From contig JAUJNX010000001.1 of NCBI GenBank assembly GCA_030447925.1, forward strand, positions 896,973 through 960,972: DNA of 64,000 nt. Reading direction: 5' to 3'. The position numbers were made by a program, and so were the translations under genes. The stretch's first letter is position 1; the number at the start of each line of letters is the position of its first letter. Source of the DNA: Egibacteraceae bacterium. Lineage in GTDB: Bacteria > Actinomycetota > Nitriliruptoria > Euzebyales > Egibacteraceae. The notes beneath the pieces were generated by a model, which ran no database searches, had not been told where the DNA came from, and worked only from the letters and a program-made list of their open reading frames with translations. This document shows positions 37,320-46,898 of this stretch, piece after piece.

Positions 37320-37801
37320 GCCACCTCGGTCGCCGGCTTCGCCCCGGTGATCCGCACCGCGAACGTGCCGGCGGGCGCGGCGTAGGAGACCGTGTCGCCC
37401 ACCTTGTGCCCCACCAGCGCCTTGCCCAGCGGCGACGACGCGCTGACCACGGGAAAGCGCCCGACGCGGTCCTCCCGGCTGCCCAGCAGGAAGGTCTCCT
37501 CGTCACCGTCGTCGTCGACGGTGGTGACCAGCATCCCGGCCGCGACCCGGTCGCCGACGGGGGCCTCGCCGACCCGGGCGTTGCGCAGCATCGCCTCGAG
37601 CTGGCGGATGCGGGCCTCCATCTTGCCCTGCTCCTCCTTCGCCGAGTCGTACTCCGCGTTCTCCTTCAGGTCGCCGTGGGACCGGGCGACCTCGATCGCC
37701 TTGGACGCCTGCGTGCGGCCCTCGCCCTTGAGGTGGTCGAGCTCCGACCGCAGACGGTCGTAGGCGGCCTGCGACAGCCAGACGTCCTCGCTCACGTGCA
37801 C
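37316..37801 (-). CDS. greA: Transcription elongation factor GreA
   Basis: 161 aa 'WLSQAAYDRLRSELDHL...GDLKENAEYDSAKEEQ' coiled-coil plus C-terminal FKBP-like domain. Confidence 0.85.
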   Translation of the reverse strand: MHVSEDVWLSQAAYDRLRSELDHLKGEGRTQASKAIEVARSHGDLKENAEYDSAKEEQGKMEARIRQLEAMLRNARVGEAPVGDRVAAGMLVTTVDDDGDEETFLLGSREDRVGRFPVVSASSPLGKALVGHKVGDTVSYAAPAGTFAVRITGAKPATEVA

Positions 37802-37859
37802 TCCGTTCGTGGAAGGCCCCGAGTCTACCGGTCCCCGTCGGGGGCCCTACGCTGGGGGC

Positions 37860-38696
37860 ATGCCGGAGCTGCCCGAGGTCCAGGCCCACGTCGAGCGCCT
37901 CGAGCGGGCGTTGACGGGGACCGCGCTGGAGCGCTTCGAGCAGCTCTCCTTCACCGCGCTGAAGACCGCGTCGCCCCCGCCGGAGAAGGCGCTGGGAGCC
38001 GAGCTGGAGTCGGTCCGCCGGCGCGGCAAGCACCTGCTGCTCGGTTTCGGCGAGGTCACCTTCGTCGTGCACCTCATGCAGGGCGGGCGCCTGAAGTGGG
38101 ACCCGAAGCTGGCCCCCCGGCCGCGGTACGGGCTCGTGCGCTGGCGCTTCGCCGACGGCCGCGCGCTGCTGCTGACCGAGCCGGGGACCGAGCGCAAGGC
38201 GGGGGTGTGGGTCGTCGCCGGGGACCCACTGGCCCAGGCCCCGCTCGCCGGGCTGGGACCGGAGGCCGACACCCTGACCGCCGAGCAGATGGCCGAGCTG
38301 TTCCGGCAGCATTCCGCCCGCATCCACACCTTCCTGCGCGACCAGGACGTGCTGGCGGGCCTGGGCCGCCACGCGGCGAACGAGGTGCCGTGGCAGGCGC
38401 GCATGTCGCCGTTCGCGCAGACCAAGACCCTCGGCGACGAGGGCGCCGCCGCCGTGGTCGCGGGCATCCGCACCGTGGTCGACGAGGGCCTGGCCTACGA
38501 GCGCACCCGCGACGACATGTCGGCCTCCAAGGACCGCCCCGCCGCGGTCCACAACCGCACGGGCGAGCCCTGCCCGCGCGACGGCACCCCGATCCGCGCC
38601 GTCGAGTACAGCGCCTACACCGTCAACTACTGCCCGACCTGCCAGACCGGCGGCAAGATCCTCGCCGACAACACCACCAGCAAGTTCCTGAAGTAG
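37860..38696 (+). CDS. Fpg/Nei-family DNA glycosylase (formamidopyrimidine-DNA glycosylase / endonuclease VIII)
   Basis: N-terminal 'MPELPEV' (catalytic Pro2-Glu3), H2TH region, C-terminal zinc finger 'CPRDGTPIRAVEYSAYTVNYCPTCQ'. Confidence 0.8.
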   Translation: MPELPEVQAHVERLERALTGTALERFEQLSFTALKTASPPPEKALGAELESVRRRGKHLLLGFGEVTFVVHLMQGGRLKWDPKLAPRPRYGLVRWRFADGRALLLTEPGTERKAGVWVVAGDPLAQAPLAGLGPEADTLTAEQMAELFRQHSARIHTFLRDQDVLAGLGRHAANEVPWQARMSPFAQTKTLGDEGAAAVVAGIRTVVDEGLAYERTRDDMSASKDRPAAVHNRTGEPCPRDGTPIRAVEYSAYTVNYCPTCQTGGKILADNTTSKFLK

Positions 38697-38906
38697 CGCC
38701 CGGCGCCGCGGGACGGGGCTTCAGCGGTGGAGCCCGGCCAGCTGGGCGGGACCGAGGATCTTCCGGCCGTGCCCGAGCGGCCCTCGCCAGCGGGCCGGTA
38801 CGGGCCCCTCCACCATGCCTCGCACGCTGGCGACGAGGCCGCGCCACGACCGGCTCGCGGTCGTCCGGCACTTGCGATCTGCATGTCCGGACGGCATGGT
38901 GACGGC

Positions 38907-39137
38907 ATGGCGACCGTGCAGGTGCGGGATCTGCCCGAGGAGACCCACGCGGTGCTGCGGCGGCGCGCCGCGGAGCGGGGCATGTCGCTGCAGGAGTACC
39001 TGCTGGCGACGCTCAACGACCTCGCCGCCCGTCCCACCGTCGAGGAGGTGCTCGCGCGCGCGGGTGGCCGTGCCGGGGGCAGGGTCGGCCTGGCCGCCGC
39101 GGCCGAGGGGCTGCGGGAGGAACGCGACGCCCGGTGA
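38907..39137 (+). CDS. VapB/FitA-like antitoxin (RHH/Arc-type)
   Basis: 76 aa 'MATVQVRDLPEETHAVLRRRAAERGMSLQEYLLATLNDLA'; stop overlaps toxin GTG (GTGA). Confidence 0.6.
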   Translation: MATVQVRDLPEETHAVLRRRAAERGMSLQEYLLATLNDLAARPTVEEVLARAGGRAGGRVGLAAAAEGLREERDAR

Positions 39138-39536
39138 TCGTCGTGGACGCCTCGGTGCTGGCCAACGCGCTGGCGGACGACACCGCCTACGGCGACCGCG
39201 CCCGCGCCCGGCTCGCACGCGATCCCGTGCTGCACGCGCCGGAGCTGGTCGACATCGAGGTCCTGTCCGTGCTCCGCCGCGCTGCGGCGCGCGGCGACCT
39301 CGACGAGCGTCGCGCCGGCCTCGCCCGCCGCGACCTGCGCGAGCTCCCGCTCCCGCGCACCCCACACCGCGTTCCTGGACCGCGTCTGGGAGCTGCGCCA
39401 CGCGGTGACGCCCTACGACGCCGTCTACGTGGCGCTCGCGGAGACGCTGGCCTGCACGCTGGTGACCGCCGACGCCCGCCTGGCCCGCGCCCCGGGTCCG
39501 ACCTGCCCCGTCGAGGTCCTTCCCTCCGACCCCTGA
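39134..39536 (+). pseudogene. VapC PIN-domain toxin with one frameshift (~39350-39372)
   Basis: 'MIVVDASVLANALADD...VDIEVLSVLRR' PIN N-terminus; C-terminal 'AFLDRVWELRHAVTPYDAVYVALAETLACTLVTADARLARAPGPTCPVEVLPSDP*' is in a different frame. Confidence 0.55.
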
Positions 39537-39604
39537 GTCGGTTGGGTCCGCCGGTGCCGGGCGGCCCGGCGCAGAGGCGAGACCGCGCTGCCTATCCTCC
39601 GGCG

Positions 39605-40552
39605 ATGGAGCAGGAGCGCCGCGGGCCGCGCGCCGCCGTGCCCGCGGCACGGGCCGGGGCGGGGGAGCGGTCCGCGGCGGACGCGGTGGCGCCGTGGCTG
39701 TTCGTGCTGCTGTGGAGCACCGGGTTCGTCGGCGCGAAGTACGGGCTGCCCTACGCCGGGCCGTTCACGTTCCTGGGGGTGCGGCTGGCGATCGCCGCGG
39801 TGCTGCTGGCGGCGCTCGCGGTCCTGGCCGGGGCGCCCGGCCCCGGCGGCGCCACCGGGTGGCGCCACGCCGCCGTGGCGGGGCTGCTGCTGCACGCGGG
39901 CTACCTGGGCGGGGTGTTCCTCGCGATCTCCGTCGGGGTGCCCGCCGGGGTGTCCTCGGTGATCGTCAGCCTCCAGCCGGTGCTCACGGCGGTCCTGGCC
40001 GCCCGGCTGCTCGGCGAGGCCCTGCGCCGCGTGCAGGTGGCGGGCCTGGTCCTCGGGGTCGTGGGCGTGGTCCTGGTGCTGTCGCCGGGGCTGGCCGCCG
40101 CGGCGGGGGCGGACAGCGCGCTGCCGCCCCTGGGACTGGCCGCCTGCGGGGTCGCCCTGCTCGCGACCACCGCCGGGACGCTGTACCAGAAGCGCTACGG
40201 GGGCGGGGTGCCCCTGCTGTCGGGGACCGCGGTGCAGTACGCGGCCTCGTCGGCGGTGCTGCTGGCGGCCGCCGTCGCCACCGGCGACCGCGCCATCTCC
40301 TGGACCCCGGAGTTCGTCGCCGCGATGGCCTGGCTGGTCCTGGCGCTCAGCCTGGGCGCCGTCCTGCTCCTGCTCACCCTCCTGCGCCGCGGCACCGTCG
40401 CCCGCGTGTCGAGCCTGTTCTACCTGGTGCCCCCCGCCACGGCGGTCGAGGCCTACCTGCTGTTCGGCGAGCGCCTGACCCCCCTGGCGCTGCTGGGCCT
40501 GGCCGTCACCGCCGCGGGCGTCGCGCTGGTCCTGCGCCCCGCCCGCCCATGA
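39605..40552 (+). CDS. DMT-superfamily (EamA-like) transporter
   Basis: ~315 aa, 10 predicted TM helices in two EamA-like halves ('LFVLLWSTGFVGAKYGL', 'VQYAASSAVLLAAAVATG'). Confidence 0.7.
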   Translation: MEQERRGPRAAVPAARAGAGERSAADAVAPWLFVLLWSTGFVGAKYGLPYAGPFTFLGVRLAIAAVLLAALAVLAGAPGPGGATGWRHAAVAGLLLHAGYLGGVFLAISVGVPAGVSSVIVSLQPVLTAVLAARLLGEALRRVQVAGLVLGVVGVVLVLSPGLAAAAGADSALPPLGLAACGVALLATTAGTLYQKRYGGGVPLLSGTAVQYAASSAVLLAAAVATGDRAISWTPEFVAAMAWLVLALSLGAVLLLLTLLRRGTVARVSSLFYLVPPATAVEAYLLFGERLTPLALLGLAVTAAGVALVLRPARP

Positions 40553-40599
40553 CCCGCCACACTGCCGGGGAACGATCCGCCGCCGAGAGGAGCGCGCCC

Positions 40600-41106
40600 G
40601 TGCCCATCACGCGCATGAACCACGCCGTCCTGTACGTCCGCGACGTGGCGCGCAGCGTCGCGTTCTACACCGAGGTGCTCGGCTTCCGCGTCGTGGCGGA
40701 GATGGCCGGGCAGGCCTCGTTCCTCCAGGCGCCCGCCAGCACCAACGACCACGACCTCGGGCTGTTCCAGGTCGGACCCGCCGCCGGGGACAGCCAGGCG
40801 GGCCGCGGGACCGTGGGTCTGTACCACGTCGCGTGGGAGGTCGACACCCTGGAGGAGCTCGAGCGGCTCCAGGCGCGGCTCGGGGAGGCGGGCGCGCTGG
40901 TCGGCGCGTCGGACCACGGCTCGACCAAGGCGATCTACGCCCAGGACCCCGACGGGCTGGAGTTCGAGGTCAGCTGGCTGGTCCCCGCCGACCTGCTGAC
41001 CCCTGACGTGCGCATGACCGTCGCGCCCCTGGACCTCGCCGCGGAGAAAGCGCGCTACGGCGCCGCGACCAGGGGCGGCATCGGCGTCTCGGTCCCCGCC
41101 CCCTGA
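40600..41106 (+). CDS. VOC/glyoxalase-family protein (catechol 2,3-dioxygenase-like fold)
   Basis: 'MNHAVLYVRDVARSVAFYTEVLGF...HVAWEVD...LEFEVSW'; GTG 40600 preceded by GAGAGGAG at 7 nt (alternatives ATG 40549 or 40615). Confidence 0.7.
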   Translation: MPITRMNHAVLYVRDVARSVAFYTEVLGFRVVAEMAGQASFLQAPASTNDHDLGLFQVGPAAGDSQAGRGTVGLYHVAWEVDTLEELERLQARLGEAGALVGASDHGSTKAIYAQDPDGLEFEVSWLVPADLLTPDVRMTVAPLDLAAEKARYGAATRGGIGVSVPAP

Positions 41107-41757
41107 CCCCTCCGGGACGGCGACGGGACCCCGCGGCCGTCGAGGAGCAGCCGCAGCTCCGCGGCCAGCTCGCGCGCTGACAGGGTGGTGTCGAGCAGGG
41201 CGGCGAGCATCGTGCTGCGGATCACCCGCGACAGCCGCCGGCGCTCGGCGTCGGGGACGCCGGGGCGCAGCACGGCGATCGCGGCGTTCGAACTCGTCCA
41301 GCCCCACCGTCAGCGCGGCCTGCGCGCCCTCCAGGAAGTCGGGCGCGCCCAGCTCCAGCGCGGCGAGGGCCGACGGGCGCACGAAGGCCACGGTGGCGAC
41401 GGCGTGGTCGAGGTAGGCACCCCTGATGAGGTTCCGCCCGCGCGACGTGATCGGCGCAGGACGGCAGGACCGACCGGTCCGGCCGCCCGCACCTGCTGGA
41501 GGCGGCCTTCCTGGCCCGCGAGCTCGACGACGTCCTGCGCTTCACGTCCCCGCCGCGGCCGGTCCAGCAGGTCGTCGTCGGCCTGCTGGCCCCGCTTGCC
41601 CTCCTGCGCGGGCTCCGCGGCTTCGACCCCGCCGTGATGGACCGCGTGCCGGCCCGCCTCGACGCGCTGGCCCCGCTGCCCGACCACGTCCGGGTGGGGG
41701 TCGCGGAGCAGGCGGAGGGGGCGCGGCGCTGACCCGGCGCGCCTCGCGTCTCCGGCC

Positions 41758-42717
41758 TCAGCCGGCGGCGCGGGCGGCGCGGTCCATGCGCTCGGCGAGC
41801 ACGCGGACCTCGGCCTGCAGTTCGGGCGGGTCGAGGACCTCGAAGTCCACGCCGAACGTCGCCAGCCATACCGCCATCCACCCGAGGTCGGTGCCGCCGG
41901 CGATCATGATGCAGGTGGCGTCGTCGAGCGGCTCCAGGACCGCGGCGCCGGGCGACACGCGCTCGCGCAGCACCTCGATCGGGGCGTGCAGGCGCACCCG
42001 CGCCCGGTGGGGGTAGCCCGCGGAGGCCATCCCCCTGCGGACCAGCTCCGCCGCGTCCTCGTCGGACAGGTCGCGCGGCACGAAGCGGGTGCCGGTCGTG
42101 GGCCTGCCGTCGATGCGGTCGACCCGGAACGTGCGCCAGTCGCGGCGGGTGACGTCCCAGGCCAGCAGGTACCAGCGCCGGCCGGTGGCGACCAGGCGGT
42201 GCGGTTCGACGGTCCGGCGGGTCGCCGCCCCGTCGTGGCTGCGGTAGCCGAACAGCAGGCGCTCCTGGGCCCGGCAGGCGCCCGCGATGAGGCTGAGCAG
42301 GCCGGGGTCGACCCCGGTCCCGGCCGGCGCGAGCGGCACCGTCACCGAGTGGAGGGCGTTCACGCGGTGGCGCAGCCGCGCGGGCAGCACCTGCTCCAGC
42401 TTGGCCAGCGCGCGCAGCGAGGTCTCCTCGATGCCGGTCACCCCGCCGGTCTGCACCCGCAGCCCGATCGCGACGGCGACCGCCTCGTCGTCGTCCAGCA
42501 GCAGCGGCGGCAGCGCGGCGCCCGCCCCCAGCCGGTACCCGCCGGCGGTCCCGGGACTCGCCAGGACCGGGTAGCCGAGGTCGCGCAGCCGACCGACGTC
42601 GCGGCGGACCGTCCGCGGTGTGACGCCCAGGCGGTCGGCGAGCTCACCGCCGCCCCAGTCGCGCCTCGACTGGAGCAGGGACAGCAGCCGCAGGAGGCGC
42701 GCCGACGAGGAGAGCAT
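41758..42717 (-). CDS. YafY-family transcriptional regulator (DeoR-type HTH + WYL domain)
   Basis: 319 aa tail of ORF 41758..44199 from 'MLSSSARLLRLLSLLQSRRDWGGGELADRLGVTPRTVRRDVGRLRDLGYPV' (HTH) then WYL region 'TVEPHRLVATGRRWYLLAWDVTRRDWRTFRVDRI'. Confidence 0.75.
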   Translation of the reverse strand: MLSSSARLLRLLSLLQSRRDWGGGELADRLGVTPRTVRRDVGRLRDLGYPVLASPGTAGGYRLGAGAALPPLLLDDDEAVAVAIGLRVQTGGVTGIEETSLRALAKLEQVLPARLRHRVNALHSVTVPLAPAGTGVDPGLLSLIAGACRAQERLLFGYRSHDGAATRRTVEPHRLVATGRRWYLLAWDVTRRDWRTFRVDRIDGRPTTGTRFVPRDLSDEDAAELVRRGMASAGYPHRARVRLHAPIEVLRERVSPGAAVLEPLDDATCIMIAGGTDLGWMAVWLATFGVDFEVLDPPELQAEVRVLAERMDRAARAAG

Positions 42718-42792
42718 GGAACGAGTCTGCCGCCCATGCGGACACCTTCTGACCGCGAGGAAGCGGTCCGCGCCGGGTTCTACCCTGCCGTC

Positions 42793-44172
42793 ATGCCGAT
42801 CCCCACCGCGTCGTACTCGATCACGCTGCGCGTCCTGCTCGACAACGACCCCAGGGGGCTGGGGCGGGTGACCTCGGCGATCGGCGAGGCCGGGGGCGGC
42901 GTCACGGCGGTCGACATCGTCGACCCGCGCGGCCAGACCATCGTCGTCGACCTCACCACCGACGCGGTCGACGCTGCGCACGCGTCGGCGATCGCGGCGG
43001 CGGTCGAGCAGGTCGAGGGCGCGACCGTCCGCCGGGTCAGCGACCGGACCTTCCTGCTGCACCTCGGCGGCAAGCTGCGGGTGCAGTCCAAGGTCCCCCT
43101 GCGCACCCGCGACGACCTGTCCATGGCCTACACCCCGGGCGTGGCGCGGGTGTGCCTGGCGATCGCAGCCAACCCCGACGACGCGCGCCGGCTGACGATC
43201 AAGCGCAACACCGTGGCCGTGGTCACCGACGGGTCCGCGGTGCTGGGGCTGGGCAACCTCGGCGCCGCCGCCGCGATGCCGGTGATGGAGGGCAAGGCCG
43301 TCCTGTTCCGCGAGTTCGGCGGCGTCGACGCCTGGCCGGTGTGCCTGGACACCCAGGACACCGACGAGATCGTGCGCACCGTCCAGGTCCTGGCGCCGGC
43401 CTACGGCGGGATCAACCTGGAGGACATCGCCGCGCCGCGCTGCTTCGAGGTCGAGCGCCGCCTGCGCGAGACCCTGGACATCCCCGTGTTCCACGACGAC
43501 CAGCACGGCACCGCGATCGTGGTCCTGGCGGCGCTGACCAACGGGCTGCGGGTCGTGGGCAAGCGCCTGGAGGACGTGCGCATCGTGCTGAACGGCGTGG
43601 GGGCCGCCGGGTCGGCGGTCCTGCGCATGCTGCTGGCCGAGGGGGCCCGCCACGTCCTGGCCTGCGACCGCCAGGGGATCCTGCACCGCGACGACCCGTC
43701 CCTTGACGCCTCGATGCGCTGGGCCGCCGAGCACACCAACCGCGCGGGCCGCCGCGGGTCGCTGCACGACGCCCTGCCCGGCGCCGACGTGTTCATCGGG
43801 CTGTCCGCGCCGAACCTGCTGACCGGCGCCGACGTGAAGGGCATGGCCGACGGCGCGATCGTGTTCGCGCTGGCCAACCCCGACCCCGAGATCGACCCCG
43901 CCACCGCCCGCGAGCACGCCGCCGTCGTGGCCACCGGCCGCAGCGACGAGCCCAACCAGATCAACAACGTGCTCGCGTTCCCCGGGGTCTTCCGCGGGGC
44001 CCTGGACGCGCAGGCCGGCGAGATCACCGAGGCGATGAAGCTGGCGGCGGCGCGGGCCATCGCCGCGGTCGTCGGCGACGACGAGCTGGGCCCCAACTAC
44101 ATCATCCCCAGCCCCTTCAACCCCGACGTCGCCCCCGCGGTCGCCGACGCCGTCGAGCGCGCCGCCACCTGA
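42793..44172 (+). CDS. NAD(P)-dependent malic enzyme with N-terminal ACT domain (MaeB/YtsJ-like short form)
   Basis: N-terminal ACT '[35 protein letters not shown]'; malic enzyme motifs '[12 protein letters not shown]', '[11 protein letters not shown]', NAD-binding '[12 protein letters not shown]'. Confidence 0.85.
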   Translation: MPIPTASYSITLRVLLDNDPRGLGRVTSAIGEAGGGVTAVDIVDPRGQTIVVDLTTDAVDAAHASAIAAAVEQVEGATVRRVSDRTFLLHLGGKLRVQSKVPLRTRDDLSMAYTPGVARVCLAIAANPDDARRLTIKRNTVAVVTDGSAVLGLGNLGAAAAMPVMEGKAVLFREFGGVDAWPVCLDTQDTDEIVRTVQVLAPAYGGINLEDIAAPRCFEVERRLRETLDIPVFHDDQHGTAIVVLAALTNGLRVVGKRLEDVRIVLNGVGAAGSAVLRMLLAEGARHVLACDRQGILHRDDPSLDASMRWAAEHTNRAGRRGSLHDALPGADVFIGLSAPNLLTGADVKGMADGAIVFALANPDPEIDPATAREHAAVVATGRSDEPNQINNVLAFPGVFRGALDAQAGEITEAMKLAAARAIAAVVGDDELGPNYIIPSPFNPDVAPAVADAVERAAT

Positions 44173-44336
44173 GCGAACCCGCTCCGACCCGATGCTCAAG
44201 GAACGCGGCGGGCCGGCCGATACCTGTGCCAGCCCCGGGAAGGGCCGCTGCGAACGGGCCGGGCGCCGCCGGAGGAGGGGGCGCCCGGCTTCGCCGTCCG
44301 GCTGGTTCGCGCGCCCGGGAGGGGTCGCTACACTCC

Positions 44337-45122
44337 GTGCCCGTGCTCGGTGAGGCCGTCTACCGGCTGTACGAACGGCGCTTGGAGAACGGTCTCCGCG
44401 GCGGGGCCCTGCCGCGCCACGTGGGGGTCATCCTCGACGGCAACCGCCGGTGGGCGCGCGCCCGCGGGCTGGGCAGCGTCGCGGAGGGTCACCGCCACGG
44501 CGCGGAGAAGATCCACGAGCTGCTCGACTGGTGCCACGACCTCGGCATCCCGTACGTGACGCTGTGGATGCTGTCGACGGAGAACCTGGGCCGCGACAGC
44601 CGCGAGCTGGACGACCTCGTCGAGATCATCGCCGGCACGATCCACCGCATCGCCCACGACCCCCGCAACCGCGCGCGGGGCGTGCGCATCACCGCGGTGG
44701 GCGCCCTGGACATCCTCCCCGACCCGCTGCGCCGCGCGCTGAAGGAGGCGGAGGAGGTCACCGCCGGCGGCGAGCACGAGCTGCACGTGCAGGTCGCGGT
44801 GGCCTACGGCGGGCGCCAGGAGATCGCCGACGCGCTGCGCGGTCTGCTGGAGGAGCAGCTGGCGCACGGGCGCAGCCTGGAGGAGGTCATCGCCGGGCTG
44901 ACGCCCGACGCCATCGCCGGGCACCTGTACACCAGCGGCACACCCGATCCCGACCTCATCATCCGCACCTCGGGGGAGATCCGGCTGTCGGGGTTCCTGC
45001 TGTGGCAGTCGGCCCACAGCGAGTTCTACTTCTGCGACGCATTCTGGCCGGAGTTCCGGCGCACCGACTTCCTGCGCGCCCTGCGCGACTTCGGGATGCG
45101 CCAGCGCCGCTACGGGCGCTGA
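44337..45122 (+). CDS. uppS: Isoprenyl transferase (undecaprenyl/decaprenyl diphosphate synthase, UppS family)
   Basis: 'HVGVILDGNRRWA' catalytic Asp region, 'YGGRQEI', 'DLIIRTSGEIRLSGFLLWQSAHSEFYF' C-terminal signature. Confidence 0.8.
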   Translation: MPVLGEAVYRLYERRLENGLRGGALPRHVGVILDGNRRWARARGLGSVAEGHRHGAEKIHELLDWCHDLGIPYVTLWMLSTENLGRDSRELDDLVEIIAGTIHRIAHDPRNRARGVRITAVGALDILPDPLRRALKEAEEVTAGGEHELHVQVAVAYGGRQEIADALRGLLEEQLAHGRSLEEVIAGLTPDAIAGHLYTSGTPDPDLIIRTSGEIRLSGFLLWQSAHSEFYFCDAFWPEFRRTDFLRALRDFGMRQRRYGR

Positions 45123-45662
45123 TCGTCCAGCAGCCGCGCGAACAGCGCGGCCTGGTGCGCCAGCGCGCGGCGCAGGTCGTCGCCGGCGGCGCCGCCCTGC
45201 GCGGCGGCCAGGGCGATGTCGTGCGCGGCGCGGTAGTCCGCGGCGGGACCGGACAGGTCCCCGACCGGGGCGCGCTCGATCTCGTCGACGGGGTGGCCGC
45301 AGGCGCGCAGGGCCTCGGCCGCGAGCAGGTCGGCGCCGCGCACCGCGGTGAGGGGATCGTCGGCGAACTCGTCGCGGCTCGCCGCCCAGGCGTCGGCGAC
45401 GGCGTCGCGCAGGTCGGGGTCCAGCGGCTGGACCTCCGGCGCCGGCCGGGCGGCAGCGGGGCGATCGGGGGCGGTGGCGTCCTCGTCGCCCCGTCACGCC
45501 GGCCGCGTCGCGCGTCGGCGCTCGGCGGGCGCCGGGGCGGGCGCGCGCGGGGCCGGGGGCGCCGCCGCGCCGCGGCCCGCCGCCCGCGCCCCGCCGCGGC
45601 GCGAGCGCGATCAGCAGCAGCGCGACCACCACCACGACGACGAGCAGCTCCACGGTCCCCAT
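45110..45662 (-). CDS. hypothetical membrane-anchored protein, apparently frameshifted
   Basis: ATG 45662 gives signal anchor 'MGTVELLVVVVVVALLLIALAPRR'; well-behaved C-terminal part ('PEVQPLDPDLRDAVADAWAASRDEFADDPLTAVRGADLL...LLDDQRP*', ORF 45110..45343) is in another frame; no domain recognised. Confidence 0.3.
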
Positions 45663-45690
45663 GCACACGGACGTACCCCGCGCCCGTGCG

Positions 45691-46266
45691 ATGATGCCCG
45701 GCGTGCCTGTCGAGACCACTGACATCCAGGGCCTGCTCGTCGTCCGCTGGGACACCCACCACGACGACCGCGGCTTCTTCCGCCAGACCTACCAGCTCCG
45801 CGAGCTGACCGAGGCGCTGGGCCGCGAACCCGTGCTGCGCCAGGGCAACCACAGCCACTCGGTGCCCGGCGTGCTGCGCGGCTTCCACGCCGAGCCGTGG
45901 GACAAGCTCGTCTACGTCGTGCGCGGGCTGGCGATGGCGGCGATCGCCGACATCCGCCCCGACTCCCCGACCTACGGGGAGGCGCGCAGCTTCGTGCTGG
46001 GGGAGCCGCCGGAGGGCGAGCGCATCCGGCTGTTCATCGCCGAGGGCCTCGCCAACTCGTTCTGCACCTTCGGCGACGACGAGGTCGACTACCTCTACGA
46101 CGTCAGCGACTACTGGCGGCCCGACGTCCCCAAGCCGTCGGTGGCCTGGGACGACCCGGACCTCGCGGTCGCCTGGCCCGTGACCGACCCGGTCCTGTCC
46201 CCGGCCGACAAGGCCAACCCCCGCCTGCGCGAGCTCCACCCCGACCACCCTCGCTGGCGCTCGTGA
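45691..46266 (+). CDS. dTDP-4-dehydrorhamnose 3,5-epimerase-like cupin (RmlC family)
   Basis: 'VETTDIQGLLVVRWDTHHDDRGFFRQTY' RmlC N-terminal motif, ~190 aa. Confidence 0.7.
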   Translation: MMPGVPVETTDIQGLLVVRWDTHHDDRGFFRQTYQLRELTEALGREPVLRQGNHSHSVPGVLRGFHAEPWDKLVYVVRGLAMAAIADIRPDSPTYGEARSFVLGEPPEGERIRLFIAEGLANSFCTFGDDEVDYLYDVSDYWRPDVPKPSVAWDDPDLAVAWPVTDPVLSPADKANPRLRELHPDHPRWRS

Positions 46267-46635
46267 CCGTGCGGGTCGCGCTGGTCGCTCTCGCGGGCGG
46301 GCTGGGCGCGACCGCCCGGTACCTGATCGGGCTGGCCCTGGGCGGCCCGGGGTTTCCCCTGGACCACCCTGGCCATCAACCTCGCCGGGTCGCTCCTGCT
46401 GGGCGCGCTGGTCGGCGCGGGCCTGCGCCGCGACCTGCACCCGCTGGCCCTGCCCGTCCTGGGGACCGGCCTGCTGGGCGGGTTCACGACCTTCTCCGCC
46501 TTCAGCGTGGAGGCCGTGCAGCTGGTGCGCGCGGGCCGGCCCGGCGCCGCCCTCGCCTACGCCCTGACCTCCACCGCCGGCGGCGTCCTCGCCGCCGCCG
46601 CCGGCCTGGCCGGCGCCCGCTCCGCGTCAGGGTGA
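46263..46635 (+). pseudogene. crcB: Fluoride ion channel CrcB/FluC, frameshifted by an extra C in a C-run
   Basis: 'VTVRVALVALAGGLGATARYLIGLALGG' then 'ggtttcccctggaccaccctggcc' (expected G-FPW-TLAINL) shifts frame; rest 'TLAINLAGSLLLGALVG...GGFTTFSAF' readable in another frame; GTG start overlaps rmlC-like stop. Confidence 0.6.
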
Positions 46636-46854
46636 GTCGACGACCCGGTGCCCGCCGCCCTCGACCAGCGCGGCCTGGGCCCAGCGCTCCAGGGGGGTGA
46701 GGGTGACGCCGGCGGCGGCCGCGCCGAGGCCGGCCAGCGCCGCGGCCCGTCCCGCGTCCCTGCTGTAGGCCCGCACCGCCTCCCCCTCCGCCCGCAGCCG
46801 CCGCACCAGGGCCATGCCCTGCGCACCGCCCTCGCCGTGCACCAGGATCCGCAT
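46627..46854 (-). CDS. short Rossmann-like fragment (possible truncated SDR/NmrA-type gene)
   Basis: 75 aa 'MRILVHGEGGAQGMALVRRLRAEGEAVRAY...' resembles only the first beta-alpha-beta of an NAD(P)-binding protein. Confidence 0.25.
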   Translation of the reverse strand: MRILVHGEGGAQGMALVRRLRAEGEAVRAYSRDAGRAAALAGLGAAAAGVTLTPLERWAQAALVEGGGHRVVDSP

Positions 46855-46898
46855 CGCCCGCTCCTCTAGTCTTTGACCTGTCAACGAGCTCCTACTTT

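Noticed and set aside
45660-45700. GAUGAUGCC resembling the 3' conserved block of the fluoride (crcB) riboswitch
   Set aside because: The sequence is coding on both strands (start codons of the rmlC-like gene and of a minus-strand ORF). The upstream GGnGAUG and AACnGCC blocks are absent.
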